Source: Eledone cirrhosa (lineage: Eukaryota). From it: 64,000 nt of DNA. The notes beneath the pieces were generated by a model. The model searched no databases. It had not been told where the DNA came from and worked only from the letters and a program-made list of their open reading frames with translations. The stretch lies in NCBI GenBank assembly GCA_964016885.1, contig OZ024743.1, forward strand, positions 257,920,001 through 257,984,000, in the 5' to 3' direction. Shown one piece after another: positions 14,306-29,689 of this stretch (its first letter is position 1; every line of letters starts with the position of its first letter). Position numbers and translations under genes: made by a program.

Positions 14306-14916
14306 AAAAAAAGTTCCAAAAGGGGGGGAACAGGCCAAGCGGAGAAAGTTGTGATGTCGTTAAGACAGGAATGCCGTTATGGGGAGAAAATTATTTAAAA
14401 TTTAAACGAGGGAAAGAATGCGCGTGCGCGTGATAGGCTGTGGCAAAAGCTACTGACCAAATGGGTTAAATCAAGAGGGTGCGCTAGCGTGTGAAAGCCG
14501 TAAAATATGTGTGTGTAAATATATATGTGTGTGTAACTGTGTGTGTATAAGTGTAAGTGTGTATATGTGTGAGTGTGTGTGTGTGTGAAAGATAGTGGGC
14601 TGTAGAAGCTGGAAATCAAAGGGTGTGAAAGGTGGTAGGTTGTAAAAAACATGTGTGCGTGTATAAATATAGATGTGTGTGTGTAAGCTTATGCGTAAAC
14701 ATGTGTGTGTAACTGTGTGTGTATATGTGTGAGTGCGTGTGTATTTGAAAGATAGTGGGCTGTAGAAGCTGGAAATCAAAGGGTGTGAAAGGTGGTAGGT
14801 TGTAAAAAACATGTGTGCGTGTATAAATATAGATGTGTGTGTGTATGTGTATGGGTATGCATATACGTGCGTGTGTGTGAAGATAGCAGGCCGTAGGCTG
14901 TGAATGGTCACTATGG

Positions 14917-17552
14917 TTAAGTTAGCCATGTCAGCTCATTTCTCTCAGCCCGGTTGTTAAGTGGGGGTCTGAGGTTCTTAATAACAAGTGCTTTCTTTAT
15001 CCTTAAGGATCCGATGCTGCGTTCAGTCGCTAGGACTGTGACCAAGGGTCTACCCTGTGGGTTTCCGCATTTAAGGATGTGTTTACAGAAGGAAGATGCG
15101 TTGATGTTGATATGTTCCTTGATACGAACATGTAGGGGTCGGATGGTGCTACCTATGTAAAACTTGTTACATTTATCGCATTGAATCTTATATACGACAT
15201 GGGTGCGTAGGCAATCTGCCCCCCGTATCGGGCAGTTGCTGAGGGAACACGTCCCATCTGACTCGTCGGGTTTGTTGGAGAGGCATCTTCGCAGCGAAGG
15301 TCCTGTGTGGGCCAAATGTATGTCAAGTCCCTCCGTCCGTATGGCCCTGCGGATGGCGTTCGTGGTATATTCACTCAGGTGGGGGATTTTAAAGAAGCAC
15401 CTGCTTTTATTTAAGTTTCTAGTGGGTGTCTGTCTATTGGGTCTGGGGTCTCTAATTCCGTTAATCAGTCGCTTGGGATAACCATTAGATCTGAGTAGAT
15501 TACGGAATTGCGTGGTATGGGTGAGACCACCCACCGGGTCGCTGCATCTGTTAGTGATCCGTGTCAGTTCATTTAGGACATAGCCTCTCTTAGCGTTGTT
15601 GGGGAGGGCTGAGTTATAATGCACAAATAAGTCCTTGCACGCTGCTTTGCGGTAGAAGGTGGTGTTTATGTCTCCTTCTTCCGAGATGTCGATACGGAAG
15701 TCGAGGAGGGCGAGTGACCCGTCTTCTCCTGGGTGTTCGATGGTGAAATCGACGTGATGGTCAGTATCGTTGAAGATTTGGTGAATTTCATTCGCCATCT
15801 CCCGGGAAGAAGTAAGTATCAGGATGTCATCAACGTATCTGGAGTAGAAGGCGACGGCGTTGGGTTGGCAGGTATTGAGTGCCTTGCGCTCCAGGTGGTC
15901 CATGTACGAGATCGCAAGTATGCCGGACAGACTAGAGCCCATAGGTAGCCCAGAGATTTGTTTGTACGTGTGGCCGAGGAAATTGAAGAGTGCATTATCC
16001 ACAACGAAGGAGAGGAGTTGGTGGATGTCCGTGTGTGTGAGTCCGAAGCAGTGTAAGTTAGATGCTCGGACTCGTTCGGTCAACAGGTCGACAGCTGGGG
16101 ATGCTGGTACGGAGGTATAAAGGGCGACCACATCAAGACTGAAGGCATAACCGTTGTCCTTTCTGGTGTTGGGCGCCAGATGGTGTAGTCGCTCCAAGAC
16201 CTCCTTTGAGCTGCAGGACGTGGGCTGGTAGTGTGTGTAGAATGGGTTTCAGTAGTGTGGAGAGCAGCCACGATATTTTGTAGAGTGGGCCCTCCACGCT
16301 AGAGACAATGGGCCTGATTTTCAAATCGGGTCCTTGTTTATGTGTGTTAACCAGGTGGTAGAAGGTGGGTAGTTTGCTGTTTCAAGTCATTATGTTGTTT
16401 TTTACCTTCTTTGGCAGTTTTCGTTGGACACAGATGTTAGTCCATATGGTGTTAATGCCTTCCTCGATTAGAGTCGAGGAGGTCCCTGTGACTTTCGAGT
16501 AGAGGCTGTGGTCATTAAGATGTTGGAGAGCTAAGTTGTTGTAGGTCTCTCTCGAGATGACACAGAATTCTTTCCCCTTGTCAGAGGGAAGGTACTCAAG
16601 GTTCCTGGATCTTAGGTTGGTGAGAGTATTAAATTGTGCATTGGTGAGGTTGCGTTTATTGTGTGTGTGTGTTGGGAAAGGATGTTAGAGATAGAATGTT
16701 TCAACCTGAGTAGTTTAGTGTCAAGTTCGTGGTTGGTGGGTGGGGGTGGAGTGGGTTGTCGAGGTGATACGTGGGGAGTGTGGGGTGGGTTGTGGGGTTG
16801 TAATCGATCTCGGTGTTGTTTTGGATGGCGGTTAGCCATTTCAGTTGATATGCTGTCCGACAGAAGTTGGTTTCGATGTCGAGTTTCAGTCTATCATCGA
16901 GACGCTGTGTAATGATGAACTTGGGTCCGAGGCGCAGAAGTTCGAGTTCGTCGTTGGTGAGGGTACCGGTTAGGTCGGTAACGAGGTGTGAAGCATCTTT
17001 GGTAGGTAGTTCGATGTCGGGGGGTGTAGCGGAGGGTGTTGTATAGCTGTTGCCCCTGGTGTGGTTGTAGTCGGTCCGTCTGTGGGAGCGGATGTTGTCA
17101 TTGTAGTATTTGTTTACAGTCCATTCGTATTTCCGTATAAGGCGCTGTTTATCATATTTGACTCTGGTGTGGTAACACTGATCTATAGCTTTGCGTATTT
17201 CCTGGACCTGGTGGTCAGGAGTGAGGGTTGGAGCTATACGATCTATGTGCTCAGAAAGCGTTTGTATATGGAGTCGCAGTTGGTGGTGGTTGTGTCGTAG
17301 TATTTTCTTGATAAACGTGCGTTGAATATGGCGGATGGTGTTTTCGAAGGATGGTGATCGTAAACATTCGGGTAGATGTATATTCCTGATGGTGGTTGGA
17401 ATGATGTTGTTCTTTAGGCAGCGTTTTAAGAAGGTAATTTGGCAACCGAGTTTGGCACGATTCTCCGATAGTCTGAAGAGGTCCCTTATGGGTGCAAACA
17501 AGTCCTGGCTCAGGTGTAATGATAAGAGGGTGTTAAAGTTTGCTTGAAGCAT
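14917..17552 (-). pseudogene. PLE reverse transcriptase-GIY-YIG endonuclease polyprotein with frameshifts and a stop
   Basis: N-terminal [20 protein letters not shown] and PSDKG; RT motifs IRPIVS, FSLDVVALYTSVP, YKQISGLPMGS, YSRYVDD and LALLD; C..C linker; VVYKIQC..C..FYIGST.RPLHVRIKEH; C-terminal PPLN. Confidence 0.9.
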
Positions 17553-17555
17553 TGT

Positions 17556-18797
<1,242 letters not shown>

Positions 18798-19203
18798 TAA
18801 AGGTTATCATATACATAAAATTAAATTAAAGATATATATATGTTGCAACTGTTCACTTTTAAGCTCAATGAAGAATTAATAAATTAAGATCAAAAATCAA
18901 AAAGTCAGAGCATTATATCATAAATCATGTCTATAGAATCAATCAGATATTAAAATATATACTATTTCTTCTTCTAATTAGCATAATTAACCATATACAA
19001 AATCAAGTCTAGCAAGCTTTAAGAATAAATTTTCTTACGGGGAAATATCTGACAAACAATTGATCATAGCCTCTTCGCGGCAGCCCCGTTCCATTATTTA
19101 TCAAACATTTCGGCAGCATGCAGAATCCGATCAAATATACTATCAACCACACACAATTAGTAGTAAAATTAAACTTAGAAGTAATGCGCACATACCGTAA
19201 TTA

Positions 19204-19281
19204 TATCTCTACCATGGTTTCTTCCTCATTTAGGACATCCAAATAATATGAATTATCCAGAGTTAGAATCATCAGGAGATA
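19204..19281 (-). ncRNA. Type I hammerhead ribozyme with extended stem II, in insert 18798-19362
   Basis: tatctc CTGATGA ttct-[aac tctggataat-tcat-attatttgga tgtcctaaatga]-ggaa GAA accatggt A gagata. It has a canonical core, a 6-bp stem I and a GUA triplet. Confidence 0.8.
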
Positions 19282-19767
19282 AACTCAAAATCAGACATTT
19301 AGTTTTCTAACCGATCGCGCCAAATTTAGATTAAAAAATGGCTAAATTCGCTATATATTTATGATATATATATACATATATATATATACATATATATACA
19401 TATATATATACATATATATATATACATATATATACATATATATATATACATATATATACATATATATATACATATATATATATACATATATATATATACA
19501 TATATATATACATATACATATATATATATACATATATATATATACATATATATATATACATATATATATATACATAATATATACAACATATATATATACA
19601 TATATATATATACATAGATATATACACATATATATATACATATATATATACATATACATATATATATATACATAGATATATACATATATATATACATATA
19701 TATATACATATACATATATATATATACATATATATATACAATATAAATATATATATACATATATATA

Positions 19768-19967
19768 NNNNNNNNNNNNNNNNNNNNNNNNNNNNNNNNN
19801 NNNNNNNNNNNNNNNNNNNNNNNNNNNNNNNNNNNNNNNNNNNNNNNNNNNNNNNNNNNNNNNNNNNNNNNNNNNNNNNNNNNNNNNNNNNNNNNNNNNN
19901 NNNNNNNNNNNNNNNNNNNNNNNNNNNNNNNNNNNNNNNNNNNNNNNNNNNNNNNNNNNNNNNNNNN
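19768..19967. other. Assembly gap (200 N) between (TA)n and (GA)n tracts
   Basis: Run of N. Confidence 1.
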
Positions 19968-20014
<47 letters not shown>

Positions 20015-20171
20015 GTCGGAAGGACAATGTGACACGGGAGGGTGTGTATTATCTTTGCAGTGGAGTGGTGGAGACAGGTATACCGGATGGGTCAGCTAGT
20101 ATATATATATTTGTGTATATAAATATACACATACACACACACACATGCTTGTTGCATTTAGTACATTTATG

Positions 20172-20243
<72 letters not shown>

Positions 20244-21876
20244 CATGTGTCAATGTGCATGCTTGTGTGCTTTAGTATGTGTGTCAGGTAATAGATGGAA
20301 TATATTCAGATGTCAGATCGGTGTTTGATAATTACTCCTGGAAGTAAAAGTCATCGTAGATTGAACTTGTGGAGATAAATGATTCCCTCAGTTTCTCCAT
20401 TAATCTTCAGAGACATTGCTACACTGCCGATGTCTCCTCAATGTCTCACAACACAAAACAACAGCAGTACTGTTATAGACACTGTTTAATTGATTGTCTT
20501 CACTATCATTCTGAAGTTTGGTGGTAGTGGTGAGGATGGTGGTGTTGGTGATTGAGGTGATTGTGTATTGTGGTGGTGGTGGTGGTAATTGTGGAAGTGG
20601 CTGCATGGTGGCAGTGTTGTTGGATGTTGTGATGGTGGTATTTGTAGTGGTGGTGGTGAATTGATCTATATATATATACTCAGAGTGTTAGTAGTGTTGT
20701 TGTTGATGATCTGTATATACACATGGTAATAGTATTAGTGGTGGTAATGGTAGTTCAGGTAGTAATAAAAAGAGAATTACTGGTAGTAGCTAGTAGCTAA
20801 CATAAATTAATTACTTCAACCTCTCACATATCTGGCCCTGATGTCACATACATCTAATATATAACCTTTCTCTGATTATCATAGCAGGCATTCTTTGTCT
20901 CTGTCTTTCTCTCTCCCAAGCTTCTAAAATTATAATCTTCGTCCTTTACGTAAAGTCTTCTAACAAGAAGCTCTTCATTATTATTAAGCATTGTCCTGCT
21001 AATTAGTGTCTCATCTGGTGGAATTTTAATTTATGATTTTTATTTTTTACTTTCTTTCTAAATTCCCATTGGATTTTGGAATTTCTGCTGAATCAGGCTC
21101 TGCATGCAGTGAATTGCCAGAGGTTATCCAGCAAATCTTGTCTTGGACAGTGAACAACTCTTCTAACCTATTACAACATAGAAAATCAACATAAAATGAT
21201 GCTGTTAGAGTATCAGATATAGAGCCTTGCTGTGTTCATTCTGACACTCTGTGTTCAGAGTTCACATCTCAGGTTAACTTTGATGTTCATCCTTTCACAA
21301 GTGAATGTGTGTGTGTGGGGAAAGGGGGTCATAAAGTACTAGTTCATGATGTTGAACTGGTGGAATTGTTAGATTGTTGGTCAAATCGGATGCTTTATGG
21401 TATCTGTTCTAGCTCTTTGTATTGTGATTGTATTAACCTTTTTAATACCAACCTGGTTAAGGCCGGCTCTCATTCTAAAAAGCAAAACCGCCTACTTTAA
21501 CAGATTCTTATTTAAAAAATGTCTCTCAACATACATGAACTATTTGTTAACTTACTATTTTAGTATATATATTGACAAGATTACAGGAAATATTTTCTAT
21601 AATCCTGTTTGCTCACAATTACTCACTCAATGAGATATGGGTTGAACATGTATCAAGAAAAACCTGTCTCAGAGTACTAACCAAGTGTAAATTTGTAATA
21701 GAGCAGTTACACTTGCTTTTGAAATAATTGATAATATTAGTAAATCCCTCAAAATTCTGCGCTAGTAAATTGAAATAGAGTGCATTTACTTAGAGATATG
21801 GTCACAAAAGGGTTAAATTCCACCTAGATGTTGACGATCATTGTTTATCACCTGACCACAAGGGCACTTCATCCAA

Positions 21877-22160
21877 CCTGCATTTGATCAGTGTGGACAA
21901 GTAAATTGACATAAAATCAGCACAGTTGTTGAAATTTTGGTTCAACAAGTTAACTGGCCTAAAACCAGCACAGATATTGAGGTTTCGGTCAGTATAAATA
22001 GGTAGACAGGACTAAAACCAGCTCAGGTGTTGAGATTTTGGTCAGCGTCGACACATATATTAGCCTAAAACTAGCACAGATGTAGATGTTTGGGACAGTG
22101 TGGACACTTATGTCAGACTTAAACCAGAACAGATATTGTGGTTTCATCCAGCAGTGGATT
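21877..22160. repeat. Diverged ~53 bp minisatellite, about 5.5 units
   Basis: Recurring taaaaccagcacagatgttgaggtttnggtcagtgtggaca. Confidence 0.8.
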
Positions 22161-23134
22161 TGAAATCATGTCATAGAAAGCTAAAACATTTAGCAAGTTA
22201 TTTGATGTGACACTCTAACAATCCTACCATTTTGCCATCATATCAAAAGAACCTTAAATAATTGAAATTATCTATGTTTTATAACTGATTAGTATGCTAG
22301 CTATATTTTGGCATTTTTCTGTGAGCAATGTTTGTAATTTCCACTGGGAATTAATCGTAAATAGATGGTGACCGTTGATGTAATTCACAAAACGAGAGAA
22401 TTGTCAAAAATACTCACCAGAATTTCTCTCTCTCTCTCCCAAAGGATCTCAACATATACTTATGCCATAATTTGAAAATGGTTTCTTTGTTTGTGTGTAT
22501 ATTTATTGCTTCTCTTATTCTTTTGTTTTTTGTTATCATTTTTGTTGTTGTCGTCATTCTTGCTGTCAGTGTAGTCTAGTTTTTGCTGCTGCTGCTGTTG
22601 ATATTCTTGTTGTTTTTGTAATAGTAGTTTTTGTAGTTATTATTGTCAATGTTGTCTGGTTCTTGTTGTTTTCATTGTTGCTTTTGTATTTGTAGTTGTT
22701 TTTGCAATTGTTGTTGTTGCATTATTGTCACCCCCCCCCCCCCATTTTCATTTTTTTTTTGTTTCTGTTGTTTCCTCTTGTCCCAACCCTCCCCCATCCC
22801 CATCACAATTCCGCACCAAATTCATTCTGAAGAGGCAACAAAGATACTGGATACAAGGTTTTCCAGGAATACAAAATAGAATTAGAAGACCAGGAAAAAC
22901 AAATTGAGATTAAAAAAAAATCCTCAAAACTCTTCCTGCATTCCACCCTCCCCCATATCTCATCGCAACCCTCACCCCACCATCCCAATTCCACCAGCTC
23001 TGATAAGAGAGAATATATGTAAAAAAAAAAAAAGAATTTATTGCCAATATGTTTGTTTGTTGGTTATTATTAGAAAACTTGCTATTCCAATGCTGTCTTC
23101 ATATATTTTCATATATCCGAAAATATCGGCTAAT

Positions 23135-23600
23135 GACTGGTGGTGGGTGTGGTGACGGTGGTGGGGTGTATTGATGTGGTGGTAGTAGTGGTGATAGTAT
23201 GGTGTGGTGATGGTATGGTGTGGTGTTGATGTGGTAGTGGTAGTAGTGGTGATGGTATTGTGTGTTGATGTGGTGGTGTAGTACTGGTGTGATGTTGATG
23301 TGGTGGTAGCAGTGGTGATGGTATGGTGTAGTGGTGGTGTGGTGTGTTGATGTGGTGGTGGCATGGTATGGTATGGTGTTGATGTGGTGCTGGTGGCAGA
23401 TGTAGTGGTGGGGATTGGTACAGTGTTGTGTTAATGTGGTGGTGGTGGTGATGGTGGTGGTTGATGTGGTGTGTTGATGTGGTGGTGGTGATGGTTGGTG
23501 AATGTTGATGAGGTGGTGGTGATGGTTGGTGTTGATGCAGAGATAGTGGTGGCGAGGTGGTGGTGGTAATGTGGAGATGGTGGTAGTGGTGTAGGATGTG
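23135..23600. repeat. (GGT/TGA)n low-complexity tract
   Basis: Direct reading; gives spurious His/Thr-rich ORFs. Confidence 0.9.
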
Positions 23601-24440
23601 AATAAAAGATGGTAAAAATAAAAGACAATGATGGTTTTTAGTTTCAATATTCCTGGCTGGAGTCTGGTGAGAATTGCAGAGAAGAAGCAACCATCTCATA
23701 ATGGAATTCTTCTACATAAGAGAATTAACCTTTTTTACTCCAGGGGGAAAAAAACCTGGGCATATGTCTTGCTCAACTCATAAATCACTTGTCAAATAAT
23801 TCAGCCATTATTTTCTCTCTCTTCTTCCCCCACCTCACCCCTCCTCCCTTTCGTGTCTACCTTTACTTATCTATTATTATATCCCTGCCCCTCTCTTTTT
23901 CTCTTCTTCTTATCCCTCTTATCCCTCCTCCCTTTCTCCCTCCTCGCCCTTCTACCATTCTTTCTCTCTATCCCACACTTCTCTCTCTTTTTATTCTATC
24001 TTTATCCCTCTCTATCATTCTCTTCAACATCTATCCCCACCTCACTTTTTTTGATTTTACCTACCCCCTCTTCCTTTCCTACCTTTTCAAAACTATCTCT
24101 CCCCCTCCCTGTCTCGCCTTTTTTATCTTTCTCTATTATCACTCCTTCTCCTTCTGTCCCCTCTACTCTCTCTTCCTTTCTGTTTGCCTGCCCTCCGCAT
24201 CTCACAACTCTCAGTTTTTCTGTCTTCTTCTTCTGTCTGTGTTATGTCTCCCTATAATTTGCCCCACACCTCTTTTCCAGTCTCTTCAATTTCCTGTACA
24301 ATCTCTCTCTGCAACTAATTGTTTCTCCTATTATCATACACACACACTCCCTCTCTCTCTCACACACATCATCATCATCATATATATTATATATCATAAT
24401 TTCATATACAATAATATATTCATATATATATATATATATA

Positions 24441-24476
<36 letters not shown>

Positions 24477-24521
24477 TATATATATATATAATCATTGTTT
24501 AACGGCTATTTTCCACATGTG

Positions 24522-24613
<92 letters not shown>

Positions 24614-25116
24614 GTAGAGGTATTATCATTACACAGTTTCTTGCACCCCCTCTCTCTCAAAAAAAGAATGAAAATAAAAATGATGTCTAAAATAAAGCTA
24701 AACTGAAAGGTTGAACCAGTGTGTTCCCCCCACTGCCATCTACACACTAACACACAATTCAACATACACACATATGCATAAACACACATAAACTCATACA
24801 TTCATACACACACATATATGCACATACAGAAACACACAGAGCAATACTTTTATATATATACAAACAGAGAGAAAGGCAATGAATGAGAGAGTTAAGGTTG
24901 GGAGATATAGTTTAGTAATCAGTTTTATTAGCTGGAGATTTCAACTTTAGTTTATTATAAAATAATATATCTATTTTATCTACTTGATTTGGAATAGGAG
25001 AACCAAAACAATACACTTTACAGTAAAGAGTTATTTACATGTGAGTAGGAAGAAATACATATGCATATATGAGTGCATGTGTGGATGTATATAAATATGT
25101 ATGTGTATATATATAT

Positions 25117-25300
25117 ATCATCATCATCATCGTTTTACGTCCATTCTTCCACGCTAGCATCGGTTAGACGGGTTGTCCTGTTGTGGGCAGTGTCCAGTTG
25201 GCTGACCTTGTCTTGCTCATACAGGAACTGATTTTGGCTTGATTTCTGCAGCTGGATGCCCTTCCTAACATCAACCTCATTTACAGTGAGTGCTGGGTGC

Positions 25301-25303
<3 letters not shown>
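25117..25303 (-). mobile_element. SINE family A / RTE 3' tail fragment
   Basis: (CAT)n tail and gctggatgcccttcctaac; matches 10255-10422. Confidence 0.8.
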
Positions 25304-25337
<34 letters not shown>

Positions 25338-25378
25338 GGAACAGAGAATCAGTATTGCATCATACACATATTTAATTA

Positions 25379-25468
25379 CATATTACATATGTTTCACTGC
25401 CGATCTGCCCAAGGAATGATCGAATAATATTCATTCCTGACTCTGGAATTGGAAGCTCCTGAGATGTG
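25379..25468 (-). ncRNA. Decayed hammerhead with long stem II insert
   Basis: cacat CTCAGGA gcttcc...ggcagt GAA acatatgt A atatg. The core has a G5C substitution. Confidence 0.45.
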
Positions 25469-26653
25469 TTCTTACATGTAGACTACTATAAATATATATA
25501 CATATAGGGGTGGAGGTTGTAATTAAGGCTGTCATTTCCTTAAGTTGAACATTAATACATCTAGGTCAATATCAAAGGTATCCCCAAACTCAGACAAACG
25601 TAACCCATACACCTGCCTTTAACCTCATTCACCAGACACAGACCACTCATGGAAGAGTTAAGCCACATTCACATTATTCTAAAACATTTCCTGATCCTCA
25701 TGGAAAAGCAAACACCAACCTGCACTTGGGGGATGACAAATTCCATCAGGCTGCAGCCATCATATTATACAATAATCTCTCCCTGTCCCTCTACCTACCT
25801 CTCTCTCCCTCTCTCTCTCTCTCTCCATCCCTCTCTCTCTACATCCCTCCCTCTCCCCCATGCCCTCTGTCTCTCTCTCCTCATCCCTTCCCTTCTCTCC
25901 ACCATCTCCACCCCTCCCCTCCCCACCCCTCTCCCCATTTCACTTTCTCTCCCCACCACCACCACCTCACTCTCTCTCTCTCCCCAATCACTCCCCACCT
26001 CCTCATATCCCCCTCACCATCTTCCCCCTTTATCCCCCCCCCCTCTCACTATCTCTCTCAAACATATATTGAAGACAAAACTGTGCTACATTTTGATCAT
26101 CTTTATTAAAGATTTTTCCTGTTTCGATATTACTTTTTTTATGCTTAGTTTGGAACAATAACATTCCAAATGCCATGTGTGTATAAAGGTTTCAAGGCTT
26201 TCACAACCCTATATTCAGAATCAGAAGGGTCATACTAGTGATGTAGAGGTCACATGCTAAACATAAAGTATCATGAGAGTAGCAAGAAATCATGGATTTC
26301 TGATTTAAAATCACCTTGTTTTTGTGTGTATATATATATATACATATCATTATCATCATCATCGTATATATATTATACACACACATACATACACAATTTA
26401 TTGGGCTATGGTTAATGTCCAAGAATGAATGTGTATGATCTAGCAGCAGTTTTCTGGGTTGGTGCAGTGTTCGTTTTATATTCCGCTATTTAAAGGCTAC
26501 ATGACTACAAGTTCATCAGGTATCTGGAAATAACCATTATCACTATTGGCTGCAATGTTTACACACCCACTGTGATTGCACCATTTATGATTGCACTGAC
26601 TATGGTTGCACTGACTAACCTAACCTCAGATAAGTTGTAAAAATTGATAAAGC

Positions 26654-26701
<48 letters not shown>

Positions 26702-27684
26702 TGATGAAACATAAGTCAATATATATATATATATATATACCTTTAAAATCAGTTTAGTATTAAGTAAATTAATTTTTTTTTTTTTCATCAAAGCAAAAAT
26801 GTATTTTTATTTTATTTAACTAATGAGAATATTCAATAAAATACTTCTGAAATTAGTCTCTGTAAGGATACAGCTGAAATTATTGGTTCCCCTGAGAGTG
26901 AGGGTTGGGGATGATATTGTTCTTAAATGACTGCATTAAATTTGTTAATTCCAGTTACTGAGTGTAATAAAAAAAAAATTAAAAACCATAACAATTTTAT
27001 TGTTTAACGCCTTCATTACCATATTTCTAATAAAAGATACAGCTTATAGTTTTCAAATATTTTTTTTTTAAATAACCAAGTATTTGGCAATCTTGTGTAA
27101 AATAATTAACTTTGGCTGTATTGATCTATTGTGAAGTGCATAACTTAGTAAAGGTTCATACAAGAAATGATGGTGGAATGTTTAAATTTAAATACAAACA
27201 CTTTAGAACAATTTTGTATCATAAAAACTGGGGTAGTTGAGGGGTAGAAGATAGGTAGATCCTTTAGCATAGGTTTAAAATTTTGAAGTGCATCCTAATC
27301 CTTTTAAGTTCTACTTCTTTGATGCTGTTCTGTTCCTTGTAAGTGCATCATGTGCACTAAATCTACATGTACATATCTGTAAACCATAAATAAATCATAT
27401 ATATTTATGCTTTTCAAACCCTGGAGGAAAAGAAACTTAAAAAGGGCCTCTTCAATGCCTTTGGTGATATATATCTAGGACTTTGTGTGGGGTTTATGCC
27501 CTAAATTACATTCAATGGTCTTTCCTGTTATTGGAGAAATTTTCTTGTTACAAATTTGTTATATCCATTGTTTTTGTTGTTTTGAACTTATTTTGCTTGA
27601 TGTAAATCCCACTTTATGCTGTAATCTATCTTTGTTTTATTCCTAACAACTTGGGTCTTTGTTATCAATAAAATAAATAATAAT

Positions 27685-28200
27685 GATTTCTATTATAAGC
27701 ACAAGGCCAGCAATTTGAGGGATGGGAAAGTCGATTAAATTGACCCCAGTGCATTACTGATGCTTTATTTTATCAACCCCTTAAGGATGAAAGGCAAAGC
27801 TAACCGTACAGAGCCACAACTCTATGTTGAACACATGGTGTTCAATGCTCTACCCATACTGCCAATCCACCACCCTAATAATACTGATAATAATGATATT
27901 AATATTACTATCATTATTAGTTTTATTTTTATTACATGACATCACTGCATTACTGGGCACAGGTATGTGTGCATGGGTATGTGCAGTATTCTTTTTGGTG
28001 TTATTTCTTTTATATTGAGGGTAATCTATGTAATAGTATGCAGTGCCTAGTAGTGTTATTTTCTGTATGTTTATTTTTATTATGAAAGTCAACTTTGCCT
28101 TTCATTCTTCTGGGGTCAGTTACATAGAGTACCAATGAAAGACTGGAGTTGATGTAATCAACTTCCCCCGCTGGCCTTGTGCCTAAATTAGGAACCATTT
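27685..28200. mobile_element. Two degenerate SINE family B fragments in opposite orientation (27685-27850 minus, 28085-28200 plus)
   Basis: aaggatgaaaggcaaag / ctttgcctttcatt and ggccttgtgcc motifs. Confidence 0.65.
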
Positions 28201-29518
28201 TTATTATTATAGCATTTTTGTAGACAATTCAGTAGCTCATAAAAACTTTACAGCTAGAAAATTGTTAAATATTTGAAAAATATCAGGTGTGAATGAGGTA
28301 ATCTTTTATAAGAACATCTCTATGTCGGGTGTAAAACACCTGGTCCTTTGATAAAAGCCATTCATTGTTGAATAATAGGAACATAATAAATAACATAAAT
28401 AAATATATACATACATATACACATACATACACACATACATATACATACACACATACATGCATAGACACATACATGCATCCTTACATACACACACACACAT
28501 TCATACATACACAAACATGCATACATACACATGCATACATGCACATATAGACACTCATGCATACATACATGCACCCATATACATACATACACACATACAA
28601 GCATACACACATACACACGTATACATGCATAGACACATTCATGCATGCATACATGTATTCATATACACATGTACACATACAAATGCATGTATTACAATGC
28701 ATATATATAGATATGCATCCATACTTGCAGACACATGCACATACATATATAGACACATATACTCATTCATACATGCATACATTCCTATTTTACATACATA
28801 GATACATACATGTGGGAATGATTAAATCAGTTTTGATTAAAATCTTTATTAGAATAATGTAATGGCAACTCCTGTGATGAGTTGCTGATTTGGTTTTAAC
28901 ATAGGTGCATAGCATATTTGAAAATAATGAGTAAATTTAGAACAGAGATAAGCTTTGAAATAAAACAAATTCTCTTATTTGGTTCTAATACACCCCTCTC
29001 CTAAACAGCTTGTTGACAAACGATCTCATTAAATGACAGTTTATTGTTCTATATAAGATACAGAGAAAGCTTCGTTGTAAACTATTTATTAAGATCGATC
29101 TATTTGGAAAGCCTTTGAAAATTGGCAGAAGGATGGTGGTGTTGAGGAAAGGTTGAAAGAAGAGAATTAGCAGCTGGGAAGTGGTGTTGGTGGAAGATTG
29201 AGTGAAGAAAATTAGCTACTTAACTTGCAGCGAAAGAGAAGTAAAAAAAAGAGAAGAGAATTCAATGTTCGCCTGTCAGCTTTTGTCCGCCTGTCCGCGT
29301 TAAAGTAAGATGGAAAAGGCTTGTGATTAGCTTAAATAGCAAAGCTGTGGTTAAAGAGACTGAGCTGGAATATATTCCCATTAGGTTTAAATATCATTTG
29401 TTGATAACGAAACGTAATTGGTCTCCATTTCAGTGATTAATTATTTCCTACCTCTCTAAAGTATAAGTAGGAAATGTTTCAACCAACCCATTTCAACAGA
29501 ATATCTGATGTTCTTTGT

Positions 29519-29688
29519 TGGGCATGGTTGGAACGGTGTACATTAAGGTAGAGTAGGGCATGGCTGGAATAGAGTATATTGAGGTTGAGTGGGACATGAA
29601 TGGAATGGATTACATTGAGGTAGAGTGGGGCATGGTTGGAATGGTGTACATTGAGGTGGAGCAGGGCATGGTTCGAATGGTGTAGTTT
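29519..29688. repeat. ~36 bp minisatellite, about 5 units
   Basis: gggcatggttggaatggtgtacattgaggtagagt repeated. Confidence 0.85.
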
Positions 29689-29689
29689 A

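Larger units (their letters stand above)
14118..17555 (-). mobile_element. Penelope-like retroelement (RT with C-terminal GIY-YIG), near full length, inserted in (TA)n
   Basis: ORF remnants 17552-14917, a ~800 bp 3' UTR with a ~160 bp duplication (about 14530-14850), and a degenerate HHR at 14270-14305. Confidence 0.9.

Noticed and set aside
16382-16385. In-frame TGA in the Penelope ORF as selenocysteine
   Set aside because: It is not at a conserved Cys position, the element has other disabling frameshifts, and CGA-to-TGA decay is a simpler explanation
21877-22160. CRISPR-like repeat-spacer array
   Set aside because: The repeats are too divergent, the spacer parts are homologous to each other, there are no cas genes, and the context is eukaryotic
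23038-26161. His/Thr-rich and Leu/Ser/Pro-rich ORFs
   Set aside because: They arise from low-complexity (GGT)n and (CT)n tracts
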